Source: a bacterium
GTDB taxonomy: Bacteria; Elusimicrobiota; Elusimicrobia; Elusimicrobiales; UBA9959
Direction of reading: 5' to 3'
DNA: 59,319 bases
Assembly (NCBI GenBank): GCA_021811405.1
Contig: JAJZOZ010000003.1
Span: 1 to 59,319 of the forward strand
Shown here: piece by piece, positions 32,186-43,063 of the stretch
Numbering within the stretch: position 1 is the first letter of the stretch
Layout of the letters: each line of letters begins with the position of its first letter
Made by a program: the position numbers and the translations under genes
The notes under the pieces: generated by a model
The model's database searches: none
The model's input: the letters and a program-made list of their open reading frames with translations, nothing else
What the model was told of the DNA's origin: nothing

Positions 32186-32587
32186 ATGAAAAAAGCGTTG
32201 GCAGCTGTACTGGCCCTGGCTTGCGCCGGGGTGCTGCTGGCCAAGGACCAGCCGGCCCAGCCCGCGCCCGCGGCGGCGAAGGCCGCGGCGGCCCCGGCCA
32301 AGGCTACGGACGACCAGGAAGACAGCGGCGTCCTCATCGACTCTACTAAATACGACGCCGAAGACTCGGACGCAGGCGCGGAGACGCAGGCCTACGGCGC
32401 GACCGGGGTGCCGGGGGGGATCCCGACCTCCTACGGCCAGTGCCGGGGGGTAATGAACGAGGGCGGGCGCAGCCTGCTGGTCTTCGAGAGCCTGGACGAC
32501 GGGACTATCTCCCTCGTGCAGGTGACTTTCGGGAAGGCCGGCGCAGGCTGGAAGCTGGCCGGCCGGATACCCCGCAGCGGCGAGTGA
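32186..32587 (+). CDS. Hypothetical exported protein
   Basis: Signal-peptide-like N-terminus, Ala/Pro linker, host-like codon usage. Confidence 0.7.
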   Translation: MKKALAAVLALACAGVLLAKDQPAQPAPAAAKAAAAPAKATDDQEDSGVLIDSTKYDAEDSDAGAETQAYGATGVPGGIPTSYGQCRGVMNEGGRSLLVFESLDDGTISLVQVTFGKAGAGWKLAGRIPRSGE

Positions 32588-32683
32588 GCCGGGCCGCCCG
32601 GCCTGACGTTTCCGCCGCCGCCGGCATAATTGCTAAAATATGCCTGACGGGAGAGCGCCCGCTTTCCCGCCAGGGAGGAAGAT

Positions 32684-32869
32684 ATGAAACGCAAGGACCT
32701 GGTTAGACATCTCACGAGCAAGGGCTGCGTGCTCTCCCGCGAAGGCGGAAAGTACTCCATCTTCACGAATCCGGTCAACAACAAAGAGGTGCCGGTGACG
32801 CGGCACAACGAGATAGCCGACTTCACTGTCCGCAAGATCTGCCGCGACCTCGGCGTGGACCAGCCCTGA
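32684..32869 (+). CDS. HicA-family protein, orphan, catalytic His apparently replaced by Tyr
   Basis: 61 aa MKRKDL..L...GC...REGGKYSIF.NP....VPVTRHNEI; GGAGG RBS; no hicB neighbour. Confidence 0.8.
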   Translation: MKRKDLVRHLTSKGCVLSREGGKYSIFTNPVNNKEVPVTRHNEIADFTVRKICRDLGVDQP

Positions 32870-33261
32870 TGAAGGTCACGGCGGCGGCCCTGATGCTGCT
32901 CGCCGCCTGCGCCTGCGCCGCGGCGAAGCTCGACGTCATACAGGTGGGGCCGTGGTTCCAGCCGCGGGACTGGCGTAAGGTGGAGGTTTTCACCTCGCGC
33001 GACCAGACCGCCAGGCCCTGGGGCGGGATAGCCATAATACACAGCCCAAGGGTAAAGGCTTCCGGCAGCGAGGCGGCCCTCGAGAGGATGAAGCTGCAGG
33101 CCCGCCGGCAGGCCGCGGAACTGGGGGCCGACGCAGTCATAATCTCGGTGGACTCGGCCTCAGCCGGGCCGGAAATGGGGGTCTACGAGGAACCGGAGCT
33201 TTTCGTCAGCGCGCTGGCCATCAAATATGTCACAGAGGTCTCTACCCCCGCCGCGAAATGA
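32869..33261 (+). CDS. Hypothetical lipoprotein (YbjQ/heavy-metal-binding-like fold possible)
   Basis: Lipobox-like LAAC/ACA, ARRQAAELGADAVII; TGATG overlap with hicA. Confidence 0.65.
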   Translation: MKVTAAALMLLAACACAAAKLDVIQVGPWFQPRDWRKVEVFTSRDQTARPWGGIAIIHSPRVKASGSEAALERMKLQARRQAAELGADAVIISVDSASAGPEMGVYEEPELFVSALAIKYVTEVSTPAAK

Positions 33262-33934
33262 GGTAAGGATAGCGCTGGACCGCGCCGAAGCCCGCACCTG
33301 GCGCGGCCGCGGCATAGTGATAGACCTTTTCCGCTTCTCCAACACGATCTGCGCCCTGCTCGAGAGCGGGCGGTCCGACGTCAGGGTCTACGCAGCGCCC
33401 TCCATGGCGCTCGCCGCCAGGCGCGCGACCCCTTCGGCCGACATCTTCTCCGAGATCGCGCTGGGTCCCGGCGTTGAACAGTACGACAACTCGCCCTACG
33501 CCGCCCTGCGCGGCTCCGATCCTTCCCGCCCCGCTTTCTCGGTCACCAATTCCGGCTCGCCGGCCGCCGCGTCGCTGCTGCTGGCCGGGGAGATACTGGT
33601 CGCCTGCTTCGCCAATTTCCCGGCCTTGGCGGCCTACTGCCTGGCTAAGCCCATGCCCACGCTGATAGTGCCGGCCTGCCTCTTCTACGACGCCGGCCAC
33701 GTCGAGGACCTGATCTGCGCGCGCGCGCTGACCGAGGAGCTCGAGGGCCGGGACGCGTTCCCGGCGGCGCTGGAGGAGATACACGCCAGCGGCCGGGTGC
33801 TGGACTTCCTGGCTTTCAGGCCGGAGACGGGGCGGCGCGACATGGACATGATCCTTAAGAAGGGAACGATGAAGGCCGTACCCGGCATCCGCTTCAAGGC
33901 CGGCGCCGGCATAGTCAGGAACGCTGCCGCCTGA
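33227..33934 (+). CDS. ComB-like (2-phosphosulfolactate phosphatase family) protein
   Basis: VIDLFRFSNTI, NSP, TNSGS, EDLICA motifs. Confidence 0.72.
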   Translation: MSQRSLPPPRNEVRIALDRAEARTWRGRGIVIDLFRFSNTICALLESGRSDVRVYAAPSMALAARRATPSADIFSEIALGPGVEQYDNSPYAALRGSDPSRPAFSVTNSGSPAAASLLLAGEILVACFANFPALAAYCLAKPMPTLIVPACLFYDAGHVEDLICARALTEELEGRDAFPAALEEIHASGRVLDFLAFRPETGRRDMDMILKKGTMKAVPGIRFKAGAGIVRNAAA

Positions 33935-33960
33935 CGCGGCGCCGCGCCTGGACAGGACAT

Positions 33961-34638
33961 ATGACCAAGAAAAAAGCCGTGGTGCTGTTCTCCGGCGGCC
34001 TGGATTCCACCACCGCCCTCTGCTGGGCGCTGGACAGGGGCTACGCCTGCGAGGCCGTCTCTTTCGACTACGGGCAGCGCCATTCCCGCGAGAACGCGGC
34101 CGCGCGCGCCATAGCCCGGCGGCTGGGCGTGAAGCTCCACGAGATCAAGCTGGACTTTCCCTGGCTGGCGACCAGTTCCCTGGTCAACAGGAGGATGAAG
34201 CTGCCGGACCTGCCGGCCGGGGAGATAGGCCGTAAGGGCGATATCCCGTCGACCTACGTTCCCGGGCGCAACCTGGTATTCGCCTCCATCGGCTTCTCGC
34301 TGGCGGATTCTTCGGGCGCGGCCGCCGTGGTGCTCGGTCCCAACGTGCTGGACTATTCCGGCTACCCGGACTGCCGGCCAGAATTCTACCGCGCGCTGCA
34401 GAAGGCAGCGGCCTTCGGCACCCGCCGGGGCGCCTCCGGGCGGCCGATAAGGATACTCACGCCGCTGATAAGGCTGAGCAAGGCCGGGATAGCCAGGCTC
34501 GGCGTCAGGCTCCGGGCCCCGCTGGAGCTGACCTGGTCCTGCTACAGCGGCGGGCGGCGGCCCTGCGGCCGCTGCGACTCCTGCAAGCTGCGGGCCAAGG
34601 GCTTCGCCGAGGCAGGGCTGAAGGACCCCGCGCTCTGA
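33961..34638 (+). CDS. queC: 7-cyano-7-deazaguanine synthase
   Basis: SGGLDSTT, DYGQRH, TYVPGRN, YPDCRPEF, TWSCY..CGRCDSC. Confidence 0.97.
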   Translation: MTKKKAVVLFSGGLDSTTALCWALDRGYACEAVSFDYGQRHSRENAAARAIARRLGVKLHEIKLDFPWLATSSLVNRRMKLPDLPAGEIGRKGDIPSTYVPGRNLVFASIGFSLADSSGAAAVVLGPNVLDYSGYPDCRPEFYRALQKAAAFGTRRGASGRPIRILTPLIRLSKAGIARLGVRLRAPLELTWSCYSGGRRPCGRCDSCKLRAKGFAEAGLKDPAL

Positions 34639-34644
34639 ACCCCT

Positions 34645-35349
34645 ATGAAACCGCTCACCGCCCCGGTGGCCGAGATCTTCTGCTCGCTGCAGGGCGAAGG
34701 CCTTTACGCCGGGCAGCGGCAGGTCTTCCTGCGCTTCGCCGGCTGCAACCTGGACTGCGGCTACTGCGACGAACCGGCCGCCCTGGCCGCGGCCGCGGCG
34801 GAAACGCTGTCGGTGGATGAAGCCGCCCGCCGGGTGATAAAGCTGGCCCGCGCCAAGAAGTCCGGGGACGTTTCGCTTACCGGCGGAGAGCCGCTGCTGC
34901 GCTGGCGCTTCATAAAGGCGCTGGCCCCGAAGTTTAAAAGGGCGGGGCTCCGCCTGCACCTGGAGACCAATGGGGTCCTTTACCGGGAGTTGGCGAAGCT
35001 GCGCCGTTCGGTGGACGTGGTGGCCATGGATATAAAGCTGCCTTCCTCGACGGGACAGCGCGGCTTCTGGACGGCTCATGGCCGCTTCCTGGCCCTGGCT
35101 CCGGAAAAGACCTTCATCAAGACGGTGCTGACGTCGGAAAGCACGATGGCGGATTTCGCTAAAGCCGTCAGGCTGGCCGCCGGGGTTCACTCCGAAGTTC
35201 CCTTTTTTATACAGCCTGCCACGCGCCGCCGCGGGGTGAGCAGGCCGCCCTCGGAACGTTTCGTGCGCGAGGCGTCGTGTCTAGCGGCGGAGAAGCTGAG
35301 GCACGTGACGGTGCTGCCGCAGCAGCACCCAATTTGGGGTGTTAAGTGA
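34645..35349 (+). CDS. queE: 7-carboxy-7-deazaguanine synthase (radical SAM)
   Basis: [35 protein letters not shown]. Confidence 0.93.
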   Translation: MKPLTAPVAEIFCSLQGEGLYAGQRQVFLRFAGCNLDCGYCDEPAALAAAAAETLSVDEAARRVIKLARAKKSGDVSLTGGEPLLRWRFIKALAPKFKRAGLRLHLETNGVLYRELAKLRRSVDVVAMDIKLPSSTGQRGFWTAHGRFLALAPEKTFIKTVLTSESTMADFAKAVRLAAGVHSEVPFFIQPATRRRGVSRPPSERFVREASCLAAEKLRHVTVLPQQHPIWGVK

Positions 35350-35351
35350 GA

Positions 35352-35479
35352 GTCAGTCCCGGCAGACCGGAACGCAAAACGCGTTCGGCCACACCGTGGC
35401 CTCACTCATCATTCAGGCTCGGCGCTATGCAAGCCTCGCCTTCACGAAGGTTTTGCTTATCCGGCCTGCCGTGCCTGAC
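35352..35479. repeat. 128-nt imperfect palindromic element (MITE/REP-like or ncRNA)
   Basis: Ends gtcagtcccggcagaccgga / tccggcctgccgtgcctgac pair (17 of 20); inner gcaaaac/gttttgc stem and two sub-hairpins. Confidence 0.55.
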
Positions 35480-35518
35480 AATGGGCAATGATTTTGTAAA
35501 TGAGGAAGGGGAGGTCTT

Positions 35519-35824
35519 ATGAGCGAGGGAACGTTTTTGATTGACTGTCCGTGCTGCAAGGCGCGCATAGAGGTGGACCGCAAGACCGGCAAGGTGCTCA
35601 GGCACTGGGACAAACCGCAGGTCAAGGAAGGCGGCGACCTGATGGCCGAGGCCATGAAGAAGATGCAGGCCGACAAAAGCCGCCTGGACGACTATTTCAA
35701 CAACGCCGGCAAGTCCATGGAGGAGAAAAAGAAGGAATTGGAGGAGAAGTTCCAGAAAGAGAAGAAGCGCATAGAGGAGTCCGGGGATACCTCCAGGCCG
35801 GAGAATCCGTTCGATTGGGATTGA
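35519..35824 (+). CDS. Small hypothetical protein with CPCC (zinc-knuckle-like) N-terminus and charged C-terminus
   Basis: GGAGG RBS, IDCPCCKARIEVD, ends PENPFDWD. Confidence 0.75.
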   Translation: MSEGTFLIDCPCCKARIEVDRKTGKVLRHWDKPQVKEGGDLMAEAMKKMQADKSRLDDYFNNAGKSMEEKKKELEEKFQKEKKRIEESGDTSRPENPFDWD

Positions 35825-35901
35825 CATATAATATAGATATCAATAAGGGACCCGCGCGCCCGCGCGGGTACATTGGCCCGGTCCCAGGACCGCTAACCCA
35901 T

Positions 35902-35931
35902 AGGGCCCAGAAAAGTCTGGGCCCTTTTTTT
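35902..35931 (+). terminator. Rho-independent terminator
   Basis: agggcccaga-aaag-tctgggccct followed by T-tract. Confidence 0.75.
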
Positions 35932-35989
35932 GTCCCAGCCTGCCTTTACGGCCCTTACGGCGGCGGCTTGAAGGCCGTATACTATAGGC

Positions 35990-37558
35990 ATGACGAACAA
36001 AAAGACCGCCCTTACCCTGCTCCTCTCCTGCGTCATGTCCCCCGGCTTCGCCGCGGCCCAGGCTTACGGCCCCGCGGCCGCGCAGCTGGGACTGGGCGCG
36101 GACACGTACAAGGCTTCCCCCATACCCCAGCCCAAATCGGACGGCGGCGGCGTTCCCCAGCAGTTCTCCGGCCCCGAGCCGGTCTCCTACGCCGGCACCG
36201 CCGTAACGCTCTGGCACGCCCTCGGCACCCAGATCTCGGACCTCGGCTGGCTGCCCGGCACCGGGGCCCCTTCCTTCGAGCAGATCTCCGAGCGCGTGAT
36301 CAAGGCTTCCAAGTCCGAAGCTTTCCCCGCCCGCCGCGCCGGCCAGCCCTCGCTGTTCACGGAGCCCGGCTTCGTCTCTGAGTTCGAGCGCGTCACCGGC
36401 GCCGGCTTCACCTCCGCGAACTATGCCCGCTTCCTGATAGACGGCGAGGCCTCCTTCCAGGCCAAGGACGCGCTGATAAAGAGCGCCAAGAAGAGCCTGC
36501 TGATCTCCAGCTGGGCCTTCTACGACGATACCACCGGCTACGAAGCCGCCCAGATGCTGATAGCCAAGCACAAGGAGGGCGTGGACGTGAAGGTGATCAT
36601 CGACGCCACCGTGGCCAACAGCCACGGCAAGAAGGTGGTCAAGATGATGGAGGACGCCGGGATATCCGTGGTGCGCCACAAGGACCTCGAGCGCTCCGGC
36701 GACATCTGGCACGTGAAGGTGATGATAGCCGACGACCAGTACGCGGTGGCCGGCGGCATGAACTTCGGCGACGTCTATTCCCACAAGGCCGGCACCATAC
36801 TCTGGCGCGATACCGACGTGCTGTTCTCCGGCCCTGCCGTGGCCGAGGCCAAGCGCCTGCTGGGCGACGTCTGGAACAGGCAGGTGTCCGCCCGCAAGCT
36901 CGGCTTCAAGTCCGTGGACGTGCGCGCTCCCCAGTCCGCGGAGTACGAGGGCGGCTCCGCCCGCGTGGCCGTGGTGCTGCAGAACCCGCCCAAGAGCTCC
37001 CCTATCCTGGTCAGCATCGTCAAGGCCATGTACGGCGCCACCCGCAACATCAACATCGAGAACGCCTACTTCGTGGCGGTGCCGGCGGTGACGCAGGCCG
37101 TGCTCGAGGCCCGCGCCCGCGGCGTCGAGGTCAATATCCTCACCAACTCCAGCCAGAGCATAGACTCGGAGGGCAAGCCCATAGTGGACGCGATGGCCAA
37201 GTGCCTGATACCGCTGCAGAAGGCCGGCGTCAACATCTACCTGAAGCAGGGCGACATGCAGACCCTGCACTCCAAGTTCATGACCGTGGACGGCGAGTTC
37301 GCCGACATCGGCTCCTACAACCTGCACCCCCGCGGCGAGCGCATAGACACCGAGGTGAACGTGAACGTCCTCGACCGCGCCTCGGTGGCGCAGCTGGACG
37401 CGGCCTTCGCCCGCGACCTGGCCGCCGCCAGGAAGATCAGCGACGCCAGGGAGCTCGAGACCAAGCCGGGCATGGTGTCGCAGATCATGTCGCAGTTCTT
37501 CTACGCGCAGCTCGAGCAGCAGGCTCCCGGCGCGGACGGCCTGATACAGGAGCGGTAA
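35990..37558 (+). CDS. Exported phospholipase D / cardiolipin-synthase-like protein
   Basis: Signal peptide, two HKD motifs (HVKVMIAD, HSKFMTVD), GGMN, GSYN. Confidence 0.9.
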   Translation: MTNKKTALTLLLSCVMSPGFAAAQAYGPAAAQLGLGADTYKASPIPQPKSDGGGVPQQFSGPEPVSYAGTAVTLWHALGTQISDLGWLPGTGAPSFEQISERVIKASKSEAFPARRAGQPSLFTEPGFVSEFERVTGAGFTSANYARFLIDGEASFQAKDALIKSAKKSLLISSWAFYDDTTGYEAAQMLIAKHKEGVDVKVIIDATVANSHGKKVVKMMEDAGISVVRHKDLERSGDIWHVKVMIADDQYAVAGGMNFGDVYSHKAGTILWRDTDVLFSGPAVAEAKRLLGDVWNRQVSARKLGFKSVDVRAPQSAEYEGGSARVAVVLQNPPKSSPILVSIVKAMYGATRNINIENAYFVAVPAVTQAVLEARARGVEVNILTNSSQSIDSEGKPIVDAMAKCLIPLQKAGVNIYLKQGDMQTLHSKFMTVDGEFADIGSYNLHPRGERIDTEVNVNVLDRASVAQLDAAFARDLAAARKISDARELETKPGMVSQIMSQFFYAQLEQQAPGADGLIQER

Positions 37559-37577
37559 GCTCAGCGCAGGCCGGGCG

Positions 37578-37611
37578 GAGGAGCCGGGGCTATGCCCCGG
37601 CTCCTCTTTTT
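37578..37611 (+). terminator. Rho-independent terminator
   Basis: gaggagccggggc-tat-gccccggctcctc followed by T-tract. Confidence 0.8.
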
Positions 37612-37645
37612 AATGGTAAAACGCGCTCAAAAAATCTAAAATAAT

Positions 37646-38188
37646 ATGATGCACAAGGACCTGCAGGAGATACTTATCTCCCCCGAGGAACTCTCTTCCG
37701 GCATCGGAAAGCTGGGGGAAAGGATCTCCGCGGACTACGCCGGCCGCTGCCTTACGCTGGTGGGCGTGCTTAAGGGCTCCGTCTTCTTCCTGACGGACCT
37801 GGCGCGCCGGATCACCACGGACGTGCGGCTGGACTTCATGATGCTCTCCTCCTATGCCGGCGCGCAGTCCACCGGCGTGGTGCGCATAGCGCTGGACCTC
37901 AAGGAGAGCATAGAGGACTCGGACGTGCTGATAGTGGAGGACATCGTGGACTCGGGTCTGACGATGAACTACCTGCTGCCGAACCTGAAGACCCGCCGCC
38001 CCCGGTCCCTTGAGATCTGCACCCTGCTGGACAAGCCGAGCCGCCGCAAGGCGCAGGTGCCTATAAAGTACGCCGGCTTCACTATCCCCGACAAGTTCGT
38101 CGTCGGCTACGGCCTGGACTATAACGGGATCTACCGCAACCTGCCGTACATAGGCGTGCTGAAGGAAGGAGTCATAGAAGGTAACTGA
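37646..38188 (+). CDS. hpt: Hypoxanthine phosphoribosyltransferase
   Basis: GVLKG, VLIVEDIVDSGLT, LLDKP, FVVGYGLDY, YRNLP. Confidence 0.96.
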   Translation: MMHKDLQEILISPEELSSGIGKLGERISADYAGRCLTLVGVLKGSVFFLTDLARRITTDVRLDFMMLSSYAGAQSTGVVRIALDLKESIEDSDVLIVEDIVDSGLTMNYLLPNLKTRRPRSLEICTLLDKPSRRKAQVPIKYAGFTIPDKFVVGYGLDYNGIYRNLPYIGVLKEGVIEGN

Positions 38189-38190
38189 CC

Positions 38191-39999
<1,809 letters not shown>

Positions 40000-40070
40000 C
40001 GGGCATAGGCCTCGATGCCGCGCGCGCATAGCGCGGGCCGCCGGGAGCGGCCGGCGCCGGAAGCGAGCTA

Positions 40071-40886
40071 ATGTACTTTAACTACCTGAGGACCCTGGCG
40101 GACATCGCGGCGGTATACTACATAGTGTACCGCCTGATCCTGCTGCTGAAAGGCACCAGGGCCATGCAGGTCATCTGGGGCGTCTCCATACTGGCGGTGA
40201 TAACCGCGCTGGCGCAGCTGCTGCGGCTGTCGGCCACGGTCTGGCTGATGCAGCAGTTCTGGGTGGCCGGCATGGTGCTGCTTATAGTCGTGTTCCAGCC
40301 GGAGATCCGCTTCGCGCTGGCCAATATCGGCTCCAACCCGCTGGGCCGCGTGATGGTGTCGCAGGAATACAAGTTCATCGGCGAGATGATGGAAGCCGTG
40401 CGCTCCGCCGCCGCCGAGAAGATGGGCATGCTGATAGTGCTGGAACAGGACATGGCCCTGCGCGACATCGTGGAGACCGGCGTGCGCGTGAACGGCGAGA
40501 TCTCCAAGGAGCTGCTGCTGACCGTCTTCCACGAGAACACGCTGCTGCACGACGGCGCGGCCGTCATAGCCAACAACAGGCTGGTGGCGGCCGGCTGCAT
40601 CCTGCCGCTGACCGAGCAGCAGGAACTTTCCAAGATCCTGGGCATGCGCCACCGGGCCGCCCTCGGCCTCTCCGAGGTGGCCGACGCCATAATCGTCATC
40701 GTCTCCGAGGAGACCGGCGCGCTGGCGGTGGCGCGCAACGGCAAGCTGCAGCAGCACGCGGACCCGAAGGACCTCGAGAGCATGCTGTACCAGCTGTACC
40801 GCTCCAAGGCGGAAAAGACGCTGCTGCGCCGCGCCCCGAGGCCGGAAGCCCAGGCGCCGCGCCCCGACAACCAGCCGCAGGCCTGA
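40071..40886 (+). CDS. cdaA: Diadenylate cyclase CdaA/DacA
   Basis: Three TMs, VFQPEIR, LHDGA, GMRHRAALG, VSEETG. Confidence 0.95.
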   Translation: MYFNYLRTLADIAAVYYIVYRLILLLKGTRAMQVIWGVSILAVITALAQLLRLSATVWLMQQFWVAGMVLLIVVFQPEIRFALANIGSNPLGRVMVSQEYKFIGEMMEAVRSAAAEKMGMLIVLEQDMALRDIVETGVRVNGEISKELLLTVFHENTLLHDGAAVIANNRLVAAGCILPLTEQQELSKILGMRHRAALGLSEVADAIIVIVSEETGALAVARNGKLQQHADPKDLESMLYQLYRSKAEKTLLRRAPRPEAQAPRPDNQPQA

Positions 40887-40890
40887 CCGT

Positions 40891-40992
40891 ATGAACGTTC
40901 CCGAGCTCTTTACCCGCAACTGGCAGATAAAGCTGCTTTCCCTCATCATCTCCCTGCTCATCTGGTATTTCATCACCGGCGGCAGACCTTAG
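40891..40992 (+). CDS. 33-aa membrane micropeptide resembling the N-terminal anchor of CdaR/YbbR
   Basis: Manual translation MNVPELFTRNWQIKLLSLIISLLIWYFITGGRP*; 4 nt after the cdaA stop; N..KLLSL..S..IW pattern. Confidence 0.7.
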   Translation: MNVPELFTRNWQIKLLSLIISLLIWYFITGGRP

Positions 40993-41110
40993 GCCGGCCC
41001 CGGCGGTCCAATAGGTCCATACCGCGCTGGGCCCAATACCTCCCCTGCCGGGGGACTTTCGCCTCTTACCCGTCCTCTCCGCTCCTGCCATAATATAGAC
41101 AGGAGATACG

Positions 41111-42226
41111 ATGCCCTCATACCTGATAGCCCTCGTTTCCGCCTTCCTTCTTTTCCCGTCGTCCGGCGCCTTCGCCCAGGAGCTCAGGCTGCCGGAGCCC
41201 GGGCCTGTCGCGGTGCCCGCGGCCGCCTCCGCTTCCGAGGACGCAGCCGCCCTGGCCGCGGATTACGACGAGCTCTATGCCGCCCTCGAGGCCTACTCCA
41301 ACGCCGCTTTCTTCTCTCCCCAGTCCAGTCCGCAGTTCCTGGAAGCCTCCGCGGCCGGCCAGTACCTGCGCGCCAGGCTGGAGGAGACGGCGGCCCGCAT
41401 AGAGCGCGCCTCCGGAGTGCCGTTCGTCCCGCCGGTCTTCCGGGGCGCTGCGCGCGTCTCCTACCGCGTCAGCCGGGAGCTGGACGGGGTGTTCGGCCCC
41501 TATTCCCCGGATGCCGGCCGCGGCGGCGCGGAAGGGGAGACCTACGATATCCGGCAGGGCTACTGCCGCGTAAGGTACGTCAAGAACAACGTGCCTTTCC
41601 TGGTGCAGTCCGACGCCTTCCTGAAGAAAGGCGAGGTCATCATTACTTTCGACGACGGCCCGGGCCCGCTGACCGACGAGGTCTCCGCCGACATGCGCGG
41701 GGCCGGCGTGCCCGCCGTCTTCTTCGTCCTGGGCTCCAAGCTGGGCGCGGAGGGGAAGGAGCGCATCTCCCGGGAGGCCGCCGACGGCCACTCGGTGGCG
41801 GTGCACGGCTACTGGCACGCCACGGAGTCCGGCAAGCCGCTTACCGCCTATACGACCGGTAAGATAGTCGAGCAGTTCGGCGGGGTGAAGAACGCCATCC
41901 GCCAGGCTTCCGGCTCGACTCCCGCCTTCTTCCGTCCTCCTTACGGGATAATCACGCCGGAGGCCGTGAAGGCCCTGGATTCGGAGCTGGGCCTGGTCCC
42001 GGTGGGCTGGACCGTGGACACGCTGGACTGGTCCACCAAGGACCCGGAGCAGCTTTTCCAGAACACGATCTCGCTGATACAGAGGCGCGGCAAGGGCATA
42101 GTGCTGATGCACGACATACATCCGCAGAGCCGCACCGCCGTGAAGCGGCTGGTGAAGTGGCTGGCCGAGAACGGCTACAAGACCGTCTCCCCGGACAGGC
42201 TGGCGAGGGCTTACAGGGGCAGGTAG
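41111..42226 (+). CDS. Exported polysaccharide/peptidoglycan deacetylase (CE4, NodB homology)
   Basis: TFDDGP, HGYWH, FRPPYG, DTLDW, LMHD; signal peptide; AGGAG RBS. Confidence 0.9.
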   Translation: MPSYLIALVSAFLLFPSSGAFAQELRLPEPGPVAVPAAASASEDAAALAADYDELYAALEAYSNAAFFSPQSSPQFLEASAAGQYLRARLEETAARIERASGVPFVPPVFRGAARVSYRVSRELDGVFGPYSPDAGRGGAEGETYDIRQGYCRVRYVKNNVPFLVQSDAFLKKGEVIITFDDGPGPLTDEVSADMRGAGVPAVFFVLGSKLGAEGKERISREAADGHSVAVHGYWHATESGKPLTAYTTGKIVEQFGGVKNAIRQASGSTPAFFRPPYGIITPEAVKALDSELGLVPVGWTVDTLDWSTKDPEQLFQNTISLIQRRGKGIVLMHDIHPQSRTAVKRLVKWLAENGYKTVSPDRLARAYRGR

Positions 42227-42241
42227 CCCGCCGCGCGCCGC

Positions 42242-42283
42242 GCGGAGGCCGGCCGGGAGCGTCCCGCCGGCCTCCGCTGTTTT
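42242..42283 (+). terminator. Probable terminator hairpin
   Basis: gcggaggccggc...gccggcctccgc followed by tgtttt. Confidence 0.6.
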
Positions 42284-42313
42284 CCGGCGGTTCAGATTTA
42301 CTAGAATCCTAAT

Positions 42314-43063
42314 ATGCGCCCGGTTTCCGTCTACGCCCACAGGGGAGGGATGGCCAGGGCCCCGGAGAACACCCTGGCCGCTTTCCGCCGGGCCTATTCC
42401 GACGGGGCCGCGGCCATAGAGTGCGACATCCGCCGCACGGCCGACGGCCAGTTCGTCGCCTTCCACGACAGGAACGCCGGCAGGCTCTGCGGGCGCTCCT
42501 GGGAGATAGCCCGCGCCTCCTGGGGGCATATCAAGACGCTGCGCGTGGCGGGGCGGGAGCCCATACCCCACCTGGACGACATCCTCAATTTCATGATACT
42601 GCGCCCCGGCCTCGAGATGTACTTCGAGCTCTCGCTGGACGGCCCTTCGTACGCGGCCGACCTGGCCCGCCAGATAGAGAGGGCCGGGATGCGGTCCAGG
42701 TCCTATCTGCTGGTCTTCTCCAACCGGGCGGGGCAGCTGGCCGCCGCCGCGGAAGCCGTCCCCGGCATAGGCAGGGCGGTCATGCCGCTGTTCCCTTCGG
42801 ACCTTCTCGGCACGGCCAGGGCGGCCGGGGCCTCCAGGGTCTGCGCCGGCTGGGTGGACTGGCCGCTGACGAAGCAGCTGTTCTATTTCGGCGCCTCGGT
42901 CTTCGATCTCCCGCGGCAGATCAAAGAGGCGGCGGCGGAGGGGATAGAGGTCTCCGCCGGCATAGCCAACGGCCCCCGCGACGTGCGGAGGCTGGCGGAG
43001 CTGGGCGCCGGGGCCGTCTGGACCGACGACGTCCCGATGGCGGCGAAATATCTCGGCTTATGA
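42314..43063 (+). CDS. Glycerophosphodiester phosphodiesterase family
   Basis: AHRGG, PENTLAAF, IECDI, FHD, WTDD. Confidence 0.9.
   Translation: MRPVSVYAHRGGMARAPENTLAAFRRAYSDGAAAIECDIRRTADGQFVAFHDRNAGRLCGRSWEIARASWGHIKTLRVAGREPIPHLDDILNFMILRPGLEMYFELSLDGPSYAADLARQIERAGMRSRSYLLVFSNRAGQLAAAAEAVPGIGRAVMPLFPSDLLGTARAAGASRVCAGWVDWPLTKQLFYFGASVFDLPRQIKEAAAEGIEVSAGIANGPRDVRRLAELGAGAVWTDDVPMAAKYLGL

Noticed and set aside
33930-33960. preQ1 riboswitch ahead of queC
   Set aside because: Spacer is only 26 nt, with no preQ1 consensus or A-rich tail
33961-35349. queC-queE as a DNA deazapurine-modification (dpd) or QatC-type defence system
   Set aside because: Canonical housekeeping sequences; no dpdA/tgt-like or qat neighbours
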